From assembly GCA_046861655.1 (NCBI GenBank), contig JBHIAI010000031.1, positions 1 through 16,671 on the forward strand: a stretch of 16,671 bases of DNA, in the 5' to 3' direction. The notes under the pieces were generated by a model, which was given only the letters and a program-made list of their open reading frames with translations, made no database searches and had not been told where the DNA came from. Positions 15,480-16,671 of the stretch are shown here, one piece after another (the stretch's first letter is position 1; each line of letters opens with the position of its first letter). This DNA is from Fidelibacterota bacterium. GTDB lineage: Bacteria; Fidelibacterota; Marinisomatia; Marinisomatales; S15-B10. The position numbers and the translations under genes were made by a program.

Positions 15480-16671
15480 TCTAGAGGAAAGAATAAGGCG
15501 GACCAACGCTCTGGCCTGTCTGGACTGTGGCAAATGCACCAGCGTCTGCCCCGTTTCCCTTTTCGGCCGGAATTCCCATTCTTCCGGTCAGTACTCTCCC
15601 CGGGTTATCCTGACCAGGGCCGTACGCCGGGACTACAACTCCCTGTTTGAGGATTACAGACTGTGGAGCTGTCTCACCTGTAAGAAATGCGACCAGGTCT
15701 GTCCGTCGGACATACGGTACTTGGACCTCATGTACACACTCAGATCGAGTGCCAGAGGTTCCGGGCTGAAAAGTGGCGGGTGCACCCATTCGGGAGCCCT
15801 GGATGCCCTGAGTACCCTGATGACCGCAGAGAATCTGAAGCAGAACCGCCTGGAATGGGTCACGGACGACCTTCAGGTCTCCTCCGAAGGGGAAGTTCTC
15901 TACTTTGTGGGGTGTGCTCCGTATTTTGACGCCTTTTTCACCGACCTTGACCTTTCCACCCTGGAGGCGGCACGGAGCAGCATCAAGATCCTCAACGCCC
16001 TGGACATCTCCCCTGTTCTACTGCCCGATGAACGGTGCTGCGGGCACGACCTTTACTGGAATGGGGATGTGGAACATTTCAAGATCCTGGCAGATCACAA
16101 CGTTTCCCGGATCAAGGGGAATGGAGTAAGGACCGTTCTTTTCTCCTGTGCCGAATGCCTCAGTGCGTTCAAGAACCTCTATCCGGCCCAGGGGTACGAT
16201 CTGGATGTAGAGTTCAAGCATATGAGCCAGTTCCTGGCAGAAAAGGTCGAGTCCGGGGAAATCAAGATGAAGGATGCTCGACAGGTGTACACCTATCAAG
16301 ATCCCTGCCGCCTGGGACGGCACCTGGGTATTTACGATGAACCCCGGAGGGTGCTGTCACACGGATCCTCTGAGAATGGCGGCCCATCCTCTGCCTTCCA
16401 CGAGATGAGGCATACCCGGAAGCAGTCCCTTTGCTGTGGGGTCAGTGCCTGGATGAACTGCGACGTCAACGCCAAGTCCATTCAGATGGAACGGCTCCGG
16501 CAGGCAAACGACACGGGGGCGGACGTGTTGGCTGTCGCCTGCCCCAAATGTCAGATACATCTTATCTGCACCCTGAAGGATAAGACGCTTCAGGAGGGAT
16601 ACGAAATCAAGATCCAGGACATCGCATCGGTGGCCCTGGAACGGATGAAACAACGCGAAAGCCCAAACAGG
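15451..16671 (+). CDS. HdrD-like (HdrC+HdrB type) FeS oxidoreductase with 2x[4Fe-4S] and two CCG domains, 3'-truncated by window edge
   Basis: Translated by hand in frame 1 from ATG 15451 (MRKQNGPDPDLEERIRRTNALACLDCGKCTSVCP...WSCLTCKKCDQVCP...YFVGCAPY...DERCCGH...SCAEC...YQDPCRLGRH...LCCG...ACPKCQIH...) with no stop before 16671. Confidence 0.9.
   Translation, partial: MRKQNGPDPDLEERIRRTNALACLDCGKCTSVCPVSLFGRNSHSSGQYSPRVILTRAVRRDYNSLFEDYRLWSCLTCKKCDQVCPSDIRYLDLMYTLRSSARGSGLKSGGCTHSGALDALSTLMTAENLKQNRLEWVTDDLQVSSEGEVLYFVGCAPYFDAFFTDLDLSTLEAARSSIKILNALDISPVLLPDERCCGHDLYWNGDVEHFKILADHNVSRIKGNGVRTVLFSCAECLSAFKNLYPAQGYDLDVEFKHMSQFLAEKVESGEIKMKDARQVYTYQDPCRLGRHLGIYDEPRRVLSHGSSENGGPSSAFHEMRHTRKQSLCCGVSAWMNCDVNAKSIQMERLRQANDTGADVLAVACPKCQIHLICTLKDKTLQEGYEIKIQDIASVALERMKQRESPNR

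Overview
GC-rich bacterial window of mostly central and energy metabolism, with no transposase, CRISPR array, rRNA or tRNA recognised. In order: a 5'-truncated thiamine pyrophosphokinase (thiN) overlapping a Na+:solute symporter, then an orphan TonB. Next, a minus-strand PPi-dependent phosphofructokinase and class I aldolase pair diverges from a Glu/Leu/Phe/Val dehydrogenase. After a ~500 bp structured intergenic region comes a long + strand redox cluster: a small two-CW Cys-rich protein, a four-subunit 2-oxoacid:ferredoxin oxidoreductase (delta-alpha-beta-gamma), a HydB/HydC/HydA-N-like (NuoF/E/G-like, Bfu-type) module with no catalytic H-cluster, an atypical HdrA-MvhD fusion, and an HdrD-like CCG protein running off the right edge (absent from the ORF track). 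The most interesting item is this cluster, which resembles the BamD/F/G/H/I electron-transfer module of class II benzoyl-CoA reductase but sits next to amino-acid/2-oxoacid oxidation genes, and whose HdrA flavin site looks remodelled. All assignments are from motif recognition by eye; no searches were run.
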